DNA of 58,261 bases, filler included, from Dugesia japonica (GCA_001938525.1; 5 parts of 5 records of this genome joined end to end with filler, not necessarily neighbours in it), one strand, 5' to 3'. Positions 37,055 through 51,287 are shown, counted from the first letter of the whole stretch. Program-made: numbers and translations. Notes: generated by a model not told the origin, from the letters alone.

Positions 37055-37302
37055 CTAAAATAGTGTAAAAATGAAAAATAGTGATATTATTATTAATATT
37101 GAAAAAAATAACAAAACAATCGATAATGCATTCTGGATATACAATTAATAAAATTGACAAGAAAAACAGAAAATCCTTAGAAATACAATAAGAACATATC
37201 AAACAAATAAGGAATAAAAAAAAATAGTATACAACATTTTATAATTACAATTATTGTGAGAATAATTGTTGGACTTAACCATTGATCGGATTTGAGATTT
37301 CA

Positions 37303-37402
37303 NNNNNNNNNNNNNNNNNNNNNNNNNNNNNNNNNNNNNNNNNNNNTTAATTAATTAANNNNNNNNNNNNNNNNNNNNNNNNNNNNNNNNNNNNNNNNNN
37401 NN
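37303..37402. other. Artificial 100-nt assembly spacer
   Basis: 44 N + TTAATTAATTAA + 44 N. Confidence 0.97.
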
Positions 37403-38102
37403 TTATATTTACTTAAAATATCTCTAATTCCCTGTTTTAAATTAATTTCTTCTTTAACTTCTAATTTACTAAGTAAAATTTTTTATGTCTATCAGAATTG
37501 TAATGTGTTCTTGCATGATTTTGTCTTAAAAATCGTTTGTTGCAAATTTCACAGAATAATGNNNNNNNNNNNNNNNNNNNNNNNNNNNNNNNNNNNNNNN
37601 NNNNNNNNNNNNNNNNNNNNNNNNNNNNNNNNNNNNNNNNNNNNNNNNNNNNNNNNNNNNNNNNNNNNNNNNNNNNNNNNNNNNNNNNNNNNNNNNNNNN
37701 NNNNNNNNNNNNNNNNNNNNNNNNNNNNNNNNNNNNNNNNNNNNNNNNNNNNNNNNNNNNNNNNNNNNNNNNNNNNNNNNNNNNNNNNNNNNGTTTTTTT
37801 TCCTCTTTAATTTTTATATATTCCTCTTAAATGTTATCATGTTTATATTTTCTATAGAATTAATTTGACATTTAATGTTATGTTCAACATTTTCACAAGT
37901 TGACTTTTGATATTCTAATGCCATTTTCTATAGCACTTTATTAGCAGTTTATATGAACTTTGTATCATATTTTAAGTAACTTTGTGTATTTTTACATGAA
38001 ACATTGAACATTTTTACATTTTACATTTTTCATATTTTACAGTAGTATAACCCTGAGAAGCGAAAGTAAATATTCTATTACTTATATATATATATATATA
38101 CA

Positions 38103-38280
38103 CATAACTCAATTACTCGGTTACTCAGTAATATAACTCAATTAATCAGTAAAATATATTTCACTGATTTACTCAATTACATAATTGAGTTACTCAGTTA
38201 TATATATTTTTATTGATTTACTCAGTTACGTAATTGAGTTACTCAGTTATTTATATTTAACTGAGTTACTCAGTTAGTCA
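38103..38280. repeat. Cluster of direct and inverted ACTCA(G/A)TTA motifs
   Basis: Repeated TACTCAGTTA / TAA(T/C)TGAGT; resembles subterminal repeats of DNA elements. Confidence 0.65.
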
Positions 38281-38392
38281 TTTAATCAATACAATAATAA
38301 TAATAAATAATAATAATAATAATAATAACCAATATTATAATTATTATTTTTATTATTCTTATTATTCTTATTATTTATCATTATTAATATTA

Positions 38393-38433
<41 letters not shown>

Positions 38434-38489
38434 TTCATTTTATCATTCGGCTCTTTTTAAATATTAGATTTATAACATAGTTTTTGTAG

Positions 38490-39230
38490 GACTATGTCTG
38501 CTATACAAGAATTACTGTTGCCATACTGTCATGGAAAAGTATTATTGCCGCCGTAATAACAAGGTGGTATATTTCATATGTCCCACATGCAACACGTTAA
38601 GTATTATACACAGATTTCTATAGGATTCATGCACATCATTTAATAGAATTTAATAAGAAGGCATTATTTTCAAAATTAATTACTAACTATATTCCACCGT
38701 GTAAAAAAATAAAATTAGAGCCTGAGGTTATAGATATTAGCGATGATGAAACAGTAGTTAAGTTTGAGGTTTCTTTTACTCCAGTTGTTGATCCGATTGT
38801 CGATCTGACTGTTCATTCAGTTAATGATCCTAAACGCCCTTAATGATCTATTGAGAGTTACTCAAGAAACCAGACCAGTGGTAGTGTTTAAGACATATTG
38901 GCAAATAATTAATAATCATAGTGATATAGCAAATATGGGCAACTCAGTTTGAAAGCAAGGGCATCCTGATGGAAAGAAAATAACCCTTTACGAAGAGGAA
39001 GTACTGAACACGCCATCCATATCAGATTATTCAGTCAGAGTAAGCCTACTCAGTAAAAGAGGTACAATAAAAATAATAGAAATGTTAAATCTCGAAGGAT
39101 TAACAATAAAACATTTAATCAAACCAGTTAAGAAGTGGATATAGTCTAAATCACTCAAGAAATATAAAATCCAAGCTAGACTAGTAATTATCAATAGGAA
39201 AGTAAGGACGATCATGTTTTTACCTATGAT
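38490..39230 (+). pseudogene. Cys-rich zinc-finger relic homologous to the 5' end of the PolB gene
   Basis: CLLYKNYCCHTVMEKYYCRRNNKVVYFICPTC vs CATYKQYCCN[gap]GKYYGQTFCEKKYYICPTC at 9182-9050; then IKLE, EVIDISDDE, IVDLT. Confidence 0.65.
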
Positions 39231-39928
39231 GTGAATCCAGGGGAGATAACGGATATTAAACTAACACCTTTAAAGATGACGACAGAAGCACCACTACCAA
39301 AAACACCGGACTAGCTTATATTCAATATGATGAAGTTATATATACAGAACGGTTCTATGAAAATTTCGCACAATATGAAATTATTATATGAATTTTTATA
39401 TAAATTTATATATGAATTGGTTATATGATATCACATATATATAGAACTTCAAATGTTCATTCTTAATATTTTTACTTTTGAAATAAAATACAAAGTAAAG
39501 AAAGAACAAATAAAATAAATGTAATATTAATACTCCCAATTTAAATTCGCAAAGCAAAATGTTGAAAACACTAAATACTACCGAATATTTTCACTCTATA
39601 TTGAAAATCAACAACTCTGTCACTAAAACCAAAAGTTGAACAATTGATAAAATTCCTGGACGAATGTTTAGGTCAATCTAGATAAAAAAAACCATAATAC
39701 ACAAGAACTTCCCAGAACCCCTACTACACTAGTATATTTTTATTTTTTATGAAAATATATGAAACTAGTAAAGATATTATTTTATTTCCACATTCTTTAA
39801 TGCTACACCGTACAGTTTTTATTTAATAAAATTTTATATTTATAAATTTTTAAATTTATAAATTTTTTTATATTAATTACATTTCAACTATTTAATTAAA
39901 CTTAAATGAAAAATACCTTTTTCTCAAA

Positions 39929-40720
39929 ATGTTGAAGAAACGTTCCAAAGGGTGGAAATATTATGAAAAATGCAATTTCCTAGAGAAAGCAAAATGTAAA
40001 ACATGTGAGAAATATTGGAAATGTAAGAGATCATCTACCAGCAGTTTAATTAGTCATTTGAAAAATGTATATGAAATTAATTTGTTGAAAATATCAGAAG
40101 AAACTTTTGAAAATTTAGAAAAAACACCAACAGAAAAATTTTTAAAAATGTACAAAAATGAATATTTGATTACACACAAAATAAACGTAATTTAAATGAA
40201 TTTATTGCTAAATTCGCAGCAAAAGATGGATTCTCAATTAATGAAATTACAAATTTGTCTTTCATTCTAGATTCTCTCACAAATCAAGCGTTTCATCTTA
40301 ATAAAAATCAAAGTCATGTAATGGATTTAGTGCATACATTCTTTAAAGAAATCGGGGCAAAATTTATTCAAGAAATACCTCAAGGAAAAATACAATGAAA
40401 ATAAATTTAGATTAACTCTTGACAAATTTATAAAGTTTTACAAAATGTTCGCACGGTAGTCAATTATTTTCGTAAATCATATTTTAGGAATATTATTTTA
40501 CAATCACTTATTGATAAGTTAAATTCACCTATTGAAAGTGCATTAAATGAAAATGTGGAATCGAAAATGGAAAGGACGCTCTTCTGAAATAAATTTTGAA
40601 AAGAAATTTAATTTATTTGAAACGATAAGTGAAAGAACAAAAATTTATAATGCTATAATGACTTTGAAACTAATTTCTACTAAGAGCAAACATTCATTTT
40701 CCTCAAAAATTATTTTAATT
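39929..40720 (+). mobile_element. hAT transposase remnant with BED zinc finger
   Basis: WKYY…KAKCKTC…STSSLISHL; AAKDGFSI; FRLTLD; VRTVVNYFRKS; degenerate C-terminal dimerisation motif. Confidence 0.85.
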
Positions 40721-41569
40721 TAAAAAATGAATAAACGCTCCTTAAATATTGAAAAGACTCGTGAAAAGTTATTTGAATTATAGACTTTGTTGTTATTATA
40801 GAAAAAGTATAAAAAAAATAATTTTGTTCATTTCATAATTTTAATATGAATTCTTACGTTTATGTTATTTGTCTTAGCCTTTTTTTCATTTTTTTAAAAT
40901 TTACATGGATAAAAAATATTTCCCAACAAAAAAGACTTTTTACTTTCATTTTTTAAAAAATAAACAAAAACCGTCCAAAAACCGATTTTTTGATTATTTT
41001 TAAAACTGAAAACCTTTAGTGGAAAAACCTCAGTTTTTGTTAAATCCTAAGCATAATCACCAAATGAAATTTTCCTATATTTTAAATTCTTTTTTCTCAA
41101 TTATAATTATAATTTTAAAATTATTAAACGTAGAAAAATCCATAAATAATAACATTTCAATGTATTTTTAATTTACTAAACAGTGAAGATATGCTTTTCA
41201 CTTTGATTCATTTCCATGTAAAATTTTTTTTTAAAATATTTTGTAAAATATGAATTTATTTTTTGTGTATTTTAAAATTTTTAAAGACATATTGCTATAG
41301 TTTCAAGTTTATTTAACTCAAATTTGCTTACATAATAAATAATATCATCATATTTATTAAGTAAAAATGGTTAGATTAATATTTTAATTTAATACTTCTT
41401 AAATTTAATAAAGACATTAAAAAAGAAGACTAAATTTCAAGCTGAAAATAAAAATTATATTGCAGAACAGGATATTGATGAAGCTTTTGTTCATCCCTTA
41501 GTTTTATAATAAAATAATAATAATAACGTAGTAATAAAAAGGAAATTAAATACAACATTTTATTATTGC

Positions 41570-42750
41570 AAATTAGCTATTCTTTTCAAATGTTGTAATT
41601 TATCTTCCACTTCATTATAATCCTGAACGGTCTTAGATAGGGCTTCATGTAAACTTTTATCTTTCTTATTTACTCTTTCTGGCCGAAAATATGCAGCATT
41701 TGGTAATGTTAATCGATGACAAGCAATATCTCATTGTAATCCATCAAATAAATTTTATATACTATGATGACTGTGAAAGAACAATTAATTAAGAGCATTA
41801 TGAAAGCCTTCACAAAGTTAATTGTCTTGGGAGAATCTTCTAGGGCTGTGTTATAATGGTTCCATAGCTCCATTACAAATTATGTATTTCTACCCACAGC
41901 CCCTTCAACGTAATTAGTAAAGAAATACTCAAAACTTAATTGTAACTTTCTTGATTTGGATAGCTTTCAGCAAGTTGATAAAACACAGTTCTCACATCTA
42001 CTATGTGTACAAATGCTAAAGCTGGCAAAAATTTAAGTTTAAGTTTTATATCCATATTACTCTCAAAAGTACTTTTTAGTCCAACATTATTAATTTTTCT
42101 TATTATACTTTGAGTAAAATGAAAATAATATCTTTTAGCTTCGGCATTTTTAAAAGCATTTGTAACTGCTATTATCGCAACCTTTTCTAGATCCCCCAAT
42201 ACTTTTTGAGGTGCTAAATGTGGGAGTAATAACATTAAACCATCCATCATCCCATTTTATGTATTTAATATTTTGTTCGGTAACAAAAAATATACGCAGG
42301 GCGGATATGAGTTACTTAACAAGCGTACGCCAAGTATAAAGTTGATAAAAAAATCTGGGGCTTTATCGAAATTTCCATCTCCAAATATTATAGCTTTCTT
42401 TAATTCCTTTAAAAGGCTTGCATGTCCCAGGGCCAGAATTCCAAAGAACTAATTCCACATACTTTTCTGGTATTAAAAAGTTCATTGATGTAAGACATTG
42501 TTTAAACACATCTCTTCTTTAATTCAAAAAGTTCTTCATCAGACTAGATCTCTTAAGCATGTTACCAATTTTTGTTGCTGACCTCAGAAAGCAGTTCATC
42601 CATGATATTTCTTTAGTTTGAATTATTACCACTGATTGCCTGTTTCATTTTTCTTCTCAGTATATTAGCTTCCATTTTTAGGGCAATACTCAGAATGTGG
42701 TTGGATAATGATCTCACCTTCTGTTTTATTGATTGCATGACACTTATGGT
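41570..42750 (-). mobile_element. MULE (Mutator) transposase remnant
   Basis: FGDGNFDKAPDFFYQLYT; DLEKVA…YFHFTQSIIRK; LPALAF; WNHY…EGFHN. Confidence 0.9.
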
Positions 42751-42779
42751 GTAACATTACCTCGAAAATTAAGAAAATG

Positions 42780-43200
42780 GAGAATTATAAAGGTGGACCA
42801 ATATATTTTAGCCACACTAAATTGGATCGTTTAACATCTTCTCTCAATTTATAAGGCGCTACATATGGCCTCTGTTTAATACGTTTAAAATTGCCGGTAT
42901 CAATTGCATGCTATATAATATCTGCTTCACTCATATCAAATTCATGTTTTGCTAAGACGTCCTCATATTTGTCTATTACGACTTGTAGTTGTTATCGTTG
43001 AAATTTTATTTATAAATTACTAGTGGTTATTTTTGTTTTTTCATAAAATTTTGTTTGTTCAGGTTTGATTTTATTATATATTAATATCTCTTTTACTATT
43101 CGATTTTGTTTTAGTTGGTTGTTATCATCTATGGTAATCTCGTTTATCTCACAGTTCTCATTTTTAACATATAATTTTCCTAATTTCATACCTTGAAGAA
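42780..43200 (-). mobile_element. Gypsy pol fragment (protease-RT linker)
   Basis: YEDVLAKHEFD…HAIDTGNFKRIKQRPY. Confidence 0.7.
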
Positions 43201-44989
43201 GAATAAATCTTGATTATTATAATTAGCAATACTCTTATACTCATTGTCCCATATTTCGGAATGAATGATATATTGAGTTTATTTTCTAATTGATTGTATG
43301 GTTCAAAAAATTAAGTGTTTTCGCTACGAAACCCTATTGGTATGAGTAATTTATTTTTGTATTATATCTTAAATATAAATTATTAGTTAAATTCAAAACC
43401 TCACAACTCTCCATAAAATTGTATTTATTATTACAATTGTTTTTGATTAAAATAAAATAATGATGAAGAATAATTCATAGTATTCAAACAAATAATCTGA
43501 GAAATTTTTCAATAAAATATTTTAAAAATATCGATTTTTCATTTTATAAAATATTTAACTTTACATAAAAATTTCATAAAATATTTTACAAATATTAATT
43601 TTTAATTTTATGAAATATTATACTTTACATAACAATTTCATAAAATAAATTAAAATATTGATTTTTAATTTAATGAAATATTTTATTTTACATATGTTTT
43701 AAAAATAAATTTTAAAATTATATATATATAAAATTATAAAAGAATTTCTCAGGTATTTAAATCTATTGTTGGACTGAAACAGCCTTCCGTAAAATATGAA
43801 AAGCAGAGAAAGAAATAAATTAAATGGTAATAAGAAAATAAATAAGAAAATAATTAAAATAAAAGAAATATTAATCTATGAAATGAAAAGGAAATGATTA
43901 TTAAATAATAATAACTGAAGTTAAAAGGAGTAAGAAAATATCGAACAAAATCTAGGGTAAAACAATAAAAAGAAAATAAAAATGTAATAAGTTGTCGAGA
44001 AAATGAAGAATTTATTAAATATTAAAAGATACAATAATTGAAAATAATTAATAATTAGATGGCTAATATAAAATATGCTCAGAAAATAAATCAAATTGTT
44101 TAAGTGATCGAAAAGAAGAATGTCAATAAAACTAGGAATATATATTTAGAATTTAAATAAACGCGTTGAAAGTATTCATATATTAAAATAAAATTATATT
44201 GATGAGAGAAAAGGAAAAATTAAAGCAAATAATTATATTAAAATATTTTGATATTTTAAAGTGAAATTATGGGAAAATAAAAGCAAAATAAATCATGATA
44301 ATCATTATAAAAAATGAAATAATAGATTATTAGTCAGGTTTAAGTACAAGAATGGTATTATTATTATAATTTTATATAAAATATAAAAATGTGAAATTTT
44401 TATTATTATCGATAAATGTAATTAAAATTATTATTATTCGATAAATATTATTGTTTATAATGAACAAGAAGGAATTATAANNNNNNNNNNNNNNNNNNNN
44501 NNNNNNNNNNTATGTAAGAATTCAGGATTGATATGTTCATATTTGTGTAACTTTCTCTATTTCCAAAACTCTTGCAAGTTTCAGAAAAAAACATAAAACA
44601 TCTGTAAGCACCTAATCTGCTACAGAATTAACAAAAAAACGAAAATCATCACGTTCATATTTGGACATCTCTGTAGACGTTACAGGTGGGCATCGAGTGA
44701 TTTTTTGAATTAACAGAAATCTGAAGTGAACGCCAACTGTATCTGTCAAAATTTGACGATACCATGAGATATAAAAGGAAATCAAATTCATTAAAAATGT
44801 ACTTTTAAGAATTTCAATGAGTGGTCGATGATCTGCTAATCAAGAGTAGTGTAGATAAACGAAACGAGATTTACCGGTTAACATTCCTTCAATTAATAAT
44901 ATTTAATGTTGTTTGAGTTGATTTAAGATTTTTCAATATCTATATATTAATAACTTAATAATATTATTACTTAGAACATAGATGACCTA

Positions 44990-45990
44990 TCAATTCATGA
45001 GAGCAAAGGCTATCGCCAATTTAATCGAAGCAGGATTCAGTTTCAACACCTGTTCCAACAACAACATATCAGACGTTTTGGATGGGAGGTACCGATACCG
45101 AGCTCTGGTGGATTATTTAGGATAAGCTAAAACGGAAGAACGAGTATATCCGCACATTGGAAGAAAAGATAGCCAGGTAAAAGCGTCAACACGCAGAGAA
45201 ATTGGATCAACTCGATAACTTGCCGAAAATCCTGGATAATTGGGAACAACTATATGATCAATAGCTGCAACTCTCGTAACAACACAAGAGGAACGTGAAA
45301 AGGAATTAGTACGGTTGCTTATCCGGACTACGGACGTCTCCAAGCATCAACAGCATTTAATTAAGACGATGAGAGCCACTCAACTCGAAGCCGAGGAATG
45401 CACGAAATTATCAAGAAAGTTATCAACAAAGATCGTAACGGATACTTCTTCCTTTAGACGATGATATTATTAATATCGAAGCAACAATGTGACGATGTAG
45501 ATTTAACAATATAATATTTTCCTTAGCAGTTTTTTCTTTCTATAAATAAGATACTATTATTAAATTTTAAGTTTTGAAATCAATTTTGAATTCCGTATCA
45601 TTGTGATAATTAAATAAGATATTCAGATATTTACCAATGGATTAACTGTCTAATTTTGATTCAGTGTGTAGTGCCAGGAAAATGACAGCCGATACATCCC
45701 TGATGGATTTGCGTAAAAAATAGAACTTCTTATACAGGAAACTACAAAATGAAATAGCTGAACTCCAGCGCAAAAACAACATGATCCAAGAAAAGAACAC
45801 TTAGCTAAAGGAACGAGATCTTATTCTCTCACAAACGTGCTGCATGATGGCCGATATTAATAAGGCATACAGCGATCGAGAAAGCATACTGATTTCAACG
45901 GTACAAAGATTAACACAGGTATCGAAACCCGAAAAGGAAATGGTAAAAGAGAAAATCAAAGAGATCATCGACTTGGACGAATGATAGATT
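44990..45990 (+). pseudogene. Two tandem decayed coiled-coil ORFs related to the 21858/48840 family
   Basis: ATLVTTQEEREKELVRLL and ADINKAYSDRESILISTV vs AEIIRSHHDRENKLVSDI. Confidence 0.45.
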
Positions 45991-46399
45991 GTAACTGAAA
46001 AAAAGGTTTTCTTGCAAAATTGTTTTAATTGCAAAGAATGATCAATTAATAAAGACTGATGACATCAAGAGCCAATTAAAATCGAAATAGAAAACCACAA
46101 TACAGGATACAACATAGTCCCGCTGAATCTGGGAATAGGGGATCATGATGCAAGGAGTAGGAATCACAAATTTCTGGGTTACTAGATATCATCCCCCAGA
46201 CATCAATGTAATTCGGAAAGAGGAAGAACTAATCAGGAGAGAAGAAATCAAATTAACATCAAAAGCCTAGTAACCCAACAATATGAATGATTCTTTTTTT
46301 CCAAAATATTCTTTTTCTACTTATGTCTTTCGACCAAACAAAATGCAAAATTTCTAAACCACTTTGTTGACAATGAAAAGATTATTCATTGCGCTACTG

Positions 46400-47150
46400 G
46401 TATTACTCATTCATATGCTTAATTTATTTTGATGTTAAATCTTAAATATAAAACATTATTTTGTTCTTTATGATCTGTTGGAATTGATTTTGATAGTTTA
46501 TTATTTTTTAAATCTATAGGATACCATTTTAATTTAGAATGAAGATCCATCACCCAAAAAGCAGTCTTGTACTCTTTGATACGCTACTCAGAATGGGTGT
46601 TGTATATTTTCATTTTCTAAGGTAATGTTACAATTTTTTACCCCTTTGATAGGTAATTTATCATCCGTAAATGATTTTAATTCTTCTGACAGTTTAGTAT
46701 CAAGATTCTCTTCTTGTTGTTTATTAAGAAATATCTCTGATTACTTAGCATGCTGCTCTTGTATCTATTAGTGAATGGATGTTATACCCGTTTACTGATA
46801 TGGTCATGATAATTATAGGATTGTTCCAATTTTATTACATATACCAAATTTGATTTTGAAGGTGTGGTATATCTTATTAATTTTTCATTTTCAGAATTTG
46901 ATTTTAATTCATTGAGTTTATTCGTTTCTGTTTGAAAGGGTTTAAAATCATTGTTTTCTTTATCATTAGTTTCGTCATTATTGTCGCCCGATAAGTTCAT
47001 TGTGTATGGTTGGTTTTGGGTTTGTTTTTCTAGATTTCTTATTATATCGTGATGTGTTTGCATAATTAAATGTTTTGTTTCAATGATATTAATTGATGAC
47101 ATGCTAATTTTAATATAATGGCTATATAATAGAGCAATAGAAAAATAAAA
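46400..47150 (-). mobile_element. LTR-retrotransposon gag/aspartic protease remnant
   Basis: SLIDTRAAC*VI (cf. LIDTGA) and LKSFTDDKLPIKG. Confidence 0.65.
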
Positions 47151-47399
47151 ATATGCCGCCGATTGCCCAAAAATCTGTCGATAAATATTTTTATGGCTCT
47201 TTTATAGTGCTTTACATGTAATAATGATTAAAAATTTATTTCATCTGCCTGTCTCTGCATTTCACTGTTTCTCCTTTACCAATAAATTTCACCAAATCTC
47301 TTGAGGAGTTCGTGACATATATTGTTGAAGTTGTTTTCTTGTACTAATGTCATTTTTCTCTTCATGTTTCTTGTTTCTTTTGCCAAATTTTATGCGAAT

Positions 47400-48780
47400 C
47401 TTTGTCATGCAAAGTAGATAGATAGTGTCGTCCGTAAATATCCTTGAATTCATGTTGCATTTTCTTTGTAATAATTGCAGTTATGTTAGTAGTGGAACAT
47501 ATGAGGATGTTACCACCCACTTTCAGAAAAAAAATTTTTTTTGTTGTTTTAATTAATGAGGAATTTTTGTGGGAATTTTAGAATTTGTTTTACTTTTTTG
47601 TTATATTTTTTTTGAAGTTTTTTTTTAAATTAATTTTTTGTTAATTTTTTTATTTTGTTAACTTTTTTTTCAAATTTTTTTATAAATTTATTTTAATTAA
47701 CGATAATATCCCCTGGGCAATATTAATAATAATATCTGCCGGGCAATATTTATTTTAATGCCCTCTGGGTAATATTAATGTTTTACCACGTGTTTTGTGA
47801 TTTTCTTGGTTTTTTATGATTTTATATTGTTTTATAGACAATTGTTTGGCTTTATTATATATTTATATGGTTTTGATAGATATTTTTTAATAAAGTGTTG
47901 TAGGGTTTTTATAAGGTTTATATAGAGGTTTATAAGAGTTTTTATGAGATTTTATAGGTTTTTGTAAGCTATTATAGGGTTTTGTATTGTATTTATAGTG
48001 TTTCTCTAGAGGTCTTATAAGATGTTATAAGGTTTCTTTAAGGTTTCCATAGGGTTTATATAAAGATTTGTGAAATTTTATAGGATTTTTAAAGTATTGT
48101 AGGACGTATATTACTTTTCAAGCTACTATAGGGTTTTAAATTGTATTTATAGTTTCTATATAGATTTTTCGAAAAGGTTATAGGTAGAAAGGATAAGAAA
48201 AAATTCATAATAAATGGATAGATAAACATAATAAGTTCCGAAAAATGCAGATAATGGTGATGTTTCACCATTTTGTAATAATATCAACAATTAAATAAAA
48301 ACGAAAAAGAAATTAATAGATAATAACGATATTTTGTTATTATTACAAATGAAAAATCTCACAGTAAACAATTGAAAAAAACTAATTAAAAAATTACCGA
48401 AAATCTTTGATAAATATTTAGTGAAAATATAAAACAAAACAAGTGAAAAGTTTCACGTGAAAGAATGTAAAGATTTATCGGAATAAAATTTATAAATATC
48501 AAGATAAATCAAATAAATTGTTGATTATTAAAGTAAAAATAAACAAAACAATCATCTTACATTTACTGAGATTTCTACAAATATTTAATTTTTAATAGGT
48601 TATATTTAATTACAGATTGGCCTAATTTGTAAATCTTTTTATATGGTTTTTAAGGGAGTTATCTATAAGATGGATTAGGGTTTCTATAGAAATTATGTAG
48701 AGTTTTTTAAGATTACATTACATCTACTAGGGTTTGTAGGGTTTATAATGCTTAAAGACTATTATAAGAGAACGAAGTGA
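47400..48780. repeat. Periodic low-complexity arrays related to 2060-5600
   Basis: 47440-47540 resembles 2190-2295; 26-nt GGGCAATATT units at 47715/47741/47767; ~11-nt TTTATAGG-type periodicity. Confidence 0.55.
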
Positions 48781-48839
48781 ACAACAATTTCTAGATTATA
48801 ACCGAGACTTTATTTTGTACAAATAGTTATAACTTATCA

Positions 48840-49169
48840 CTATCGTGAGGTCTGTGTTGACTTATCAGTCATCAACGGTTCGAGGGACATGCATTTCCGC
48901 AGCTCCATCACATCAACCACCAATATATTTTTACGGTCGTGGAGGGACCGTATGATTCCAAGTGCGCTCCAGCGCATGTAGAGCCTGTGCTTCCTTACGA
49001 AACATGATGCAATTATTCTTATACCCCTTTACCTTGCTCTCCGTGGCAGCGGTGTCAGCCTCCCACAATCGTTTAGAGAGTCTGTAGACATCCCATATCA
49101 TGTCTATGTCTTCACTATTCTCTCTAATCTTTTTTGTGGGAGCAGACGGTCGATTGAGTGATGAGTGCA
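48840..49169 (-). pseudogene. Frameshifted homologue of the coiled-coil exon 21858-22216
   Basis: Same AG|TG CAY TCA acceptor/phase; HSSLNR…PTKK…WD…WEA…SKV, then IIRSLHDRKNILVVD…LEPLMTDKSTQT after a short deletion. Confidence 0.8.
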
Positions 49170-49825
49170 CTATAAGAAAATGATAACAATAACCACTGAA
49201 TTTCATACAAAAATATTTAAACAGTACTTAACGAAGCTAAACGCTATTTTATTGATTAATAAAAGCACAACAAATTAATGAATCAATAAAAGCTGTAAGA
49301 CAAAGTTACAAAGAAGAAATTTTATTCTTAACCAACTAAACGACACCTAATTAATTCTCGGAGTCTCTGAGTATCTATAATATGTTGTCGATAAACTCAT
49401 CTAACACAGAAAAAGGTAACAAGTGTGGTGTTGAAATCGGGACAACGGAGGGGCATTCCCGCCAATAGCTGGTTTTGCGAAGTTCACTACTATTATTCAC
49501 GTGGGTAGTCGTAGCAGAGTGATAGGTTTCTCGAGCACGATTGGGGCCTGACGCTCAGTGGCGTCCCAATGCGTTTCATCATTTGCCTCCTCAGTTGACA
49601 AGTTGGAGCGGTCCGCTAAAACTCCAGCATCTCTATTGTACAGATTTTTATACCACTTAAAAGTCATTCGCCCGGTCCGACGATCTAGTTGCATCTCACA
49701 CTTAAATTCCATTAAATTAAATAAGGATTTACGTGTGCAAACAGAAGAAATGTAACAACGAATTTATAATTAAAATTTAAAACAATTATAGCACTGATGT
49801 GTTCTTAACAATGAGGAATTTCATA

Positions 49826-49925
49826 NNNNNNNNNNNNNNNNNNNNNNNNNNNNNNNNNNNNNNNNNNNNTTAATTAATTAANNNNNNNNNNNNNNNNNNN
49901 NNNNNNNNNNNNNNNNNNNNNNNNN
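49826..49925. other. Artificial 100-nt assembly spacer
   Basis: 44 N + TTAATTAATTAA + 44 N. Confidence 0.97.
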
Positions 49926-50631
49926 ATAAGCAGATGCATTAATTCTAAGTCTCTGTGGAAAGAAATACGGAGGCATAACATGACCTTCGTTGCTGACAAG
50001 CCCCAATCCCATTAAATTTTTGATCTTGAGTGAAAAGCTTTTCATCGGAAAAGAACCATAGAATGTTTGGATGATCAGGATGCTTGATTTTGTTTAAAAG
50101 GCACTTAGAGCGGATTAAACGATTTTCTTTGCATTTGGCCGATACAAAATGTCTTCTTTTCATGACGTAGGACTTGCATTTTAAAGCATTGTGTACCGTC
50201 CGTCTCACTGTTGAATCAGAAACCGATAGTCGCTCTGCAATTTTCCTCATTGATGTTCCCGGACTTTCATGAATAACATCCTGGACCTTTTGAATAAAAT
50301 TAACATTTCTGACATTGTCTGAACGTGATGAATGTGTTTTTCTTTTCGATATAGATGAAACATTTCGATCAGACGCCAAACATTNNNNNNNNNNNNNNNN
50401 NNNNNNNNNNNNNNNNNNNNNNNNNNNNNNNNNNNNNNNNNNNNNNNNNNNNNNNNNNNNNNNNNNNNNNNNNNNNNNNNNNNNNNNNNNNNNNNNNTCT
50501 TCCATTTCTAAAATAAAAAATATTTATTGAATGTTGTACCAACAAATATTGCAAATCCATTTTAGCGCCAATAAAATAATTATNATGATATATTTAAACA
50601 AATTTTGTCCTCAAATAGCTGACGCACCCTG
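49926..50631 (-). mobile_element. Tc1/mariner superfamily (maT/DD37D-like) 5' part
   Basis: SMRKIAERLSVSDSTVRR HTH, FFSDEKLFT; TA-CAGGGTG TIR start at 50631. Confidence 0.85.
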
Positions 50632-51100
50632 TATTTTACTAATTTTAAATTTGAAATGAAAAATTATAAAAGATCCACAGTTATATTTGTAATCATACAG
50701 TTCATCACTTATTTTTTTTCTACTTTCTGCTCTGACTTTAGATAAAATTAGATGTTGGGAACAATTTTAATCGTTTGAAGAGAAATCCTTTCTCAAGCCT
50801 CACCAAAAATACTATTTGAACTTATAAATTGCATCAGCTCAAGTATAGATGATTTTTGGATTTTTATAATTTCTCGATAAATATTACGATAGTATTAAGA
50901 TTTCTAAGGAGCTGAAGAAAAAAAGCGGAATCCNATTGTTATTAACTTGATGCGTGTCATGAAAACCTGAAACAAAAACAGCCGGCATCGATGAATCGCA
51001 AATGATGATATGACTCTGATTTCTTCAAAGCCGTTATAAATAAACTCATAGAATGTTGGAAAAGTGTGATAAAAATTGTTTTCCATTACGACGTTTGATT

Positions 51101-51287
51101 TGTGATATCTGTTATATAAATGTAGATATTAAATAATAAGGTATTTAACAAGTTAAAATTATATTTCATAAAATAACAATATTAAAACAAATCAAATTCA
51201 TTTTAATATTTTGAATATTTAATTTTAAATATTCAATAATTTGAATTTAGATATATTTAAACATTATCATAATTTAAATATATCACA
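51101..51287 (-). mobile_element. Gypsy 3' LTR (187 nt)
   Basis: TGTGATAT…ATATCACA ends; preceded on the minus strand by polypurine tract AAAGGGAGGAA. Confidence 0.9.

Noticed and set aside
44511-44840. Coding-like minus-strand segment or missing CIAO1 exon
   Set aside because: In-frame stops and no WD40 or other recognisable motif.
50700-51090. Possible piggyBac N-terminal remnant
   Set aside because: Too decayed for a diagnostic motif.
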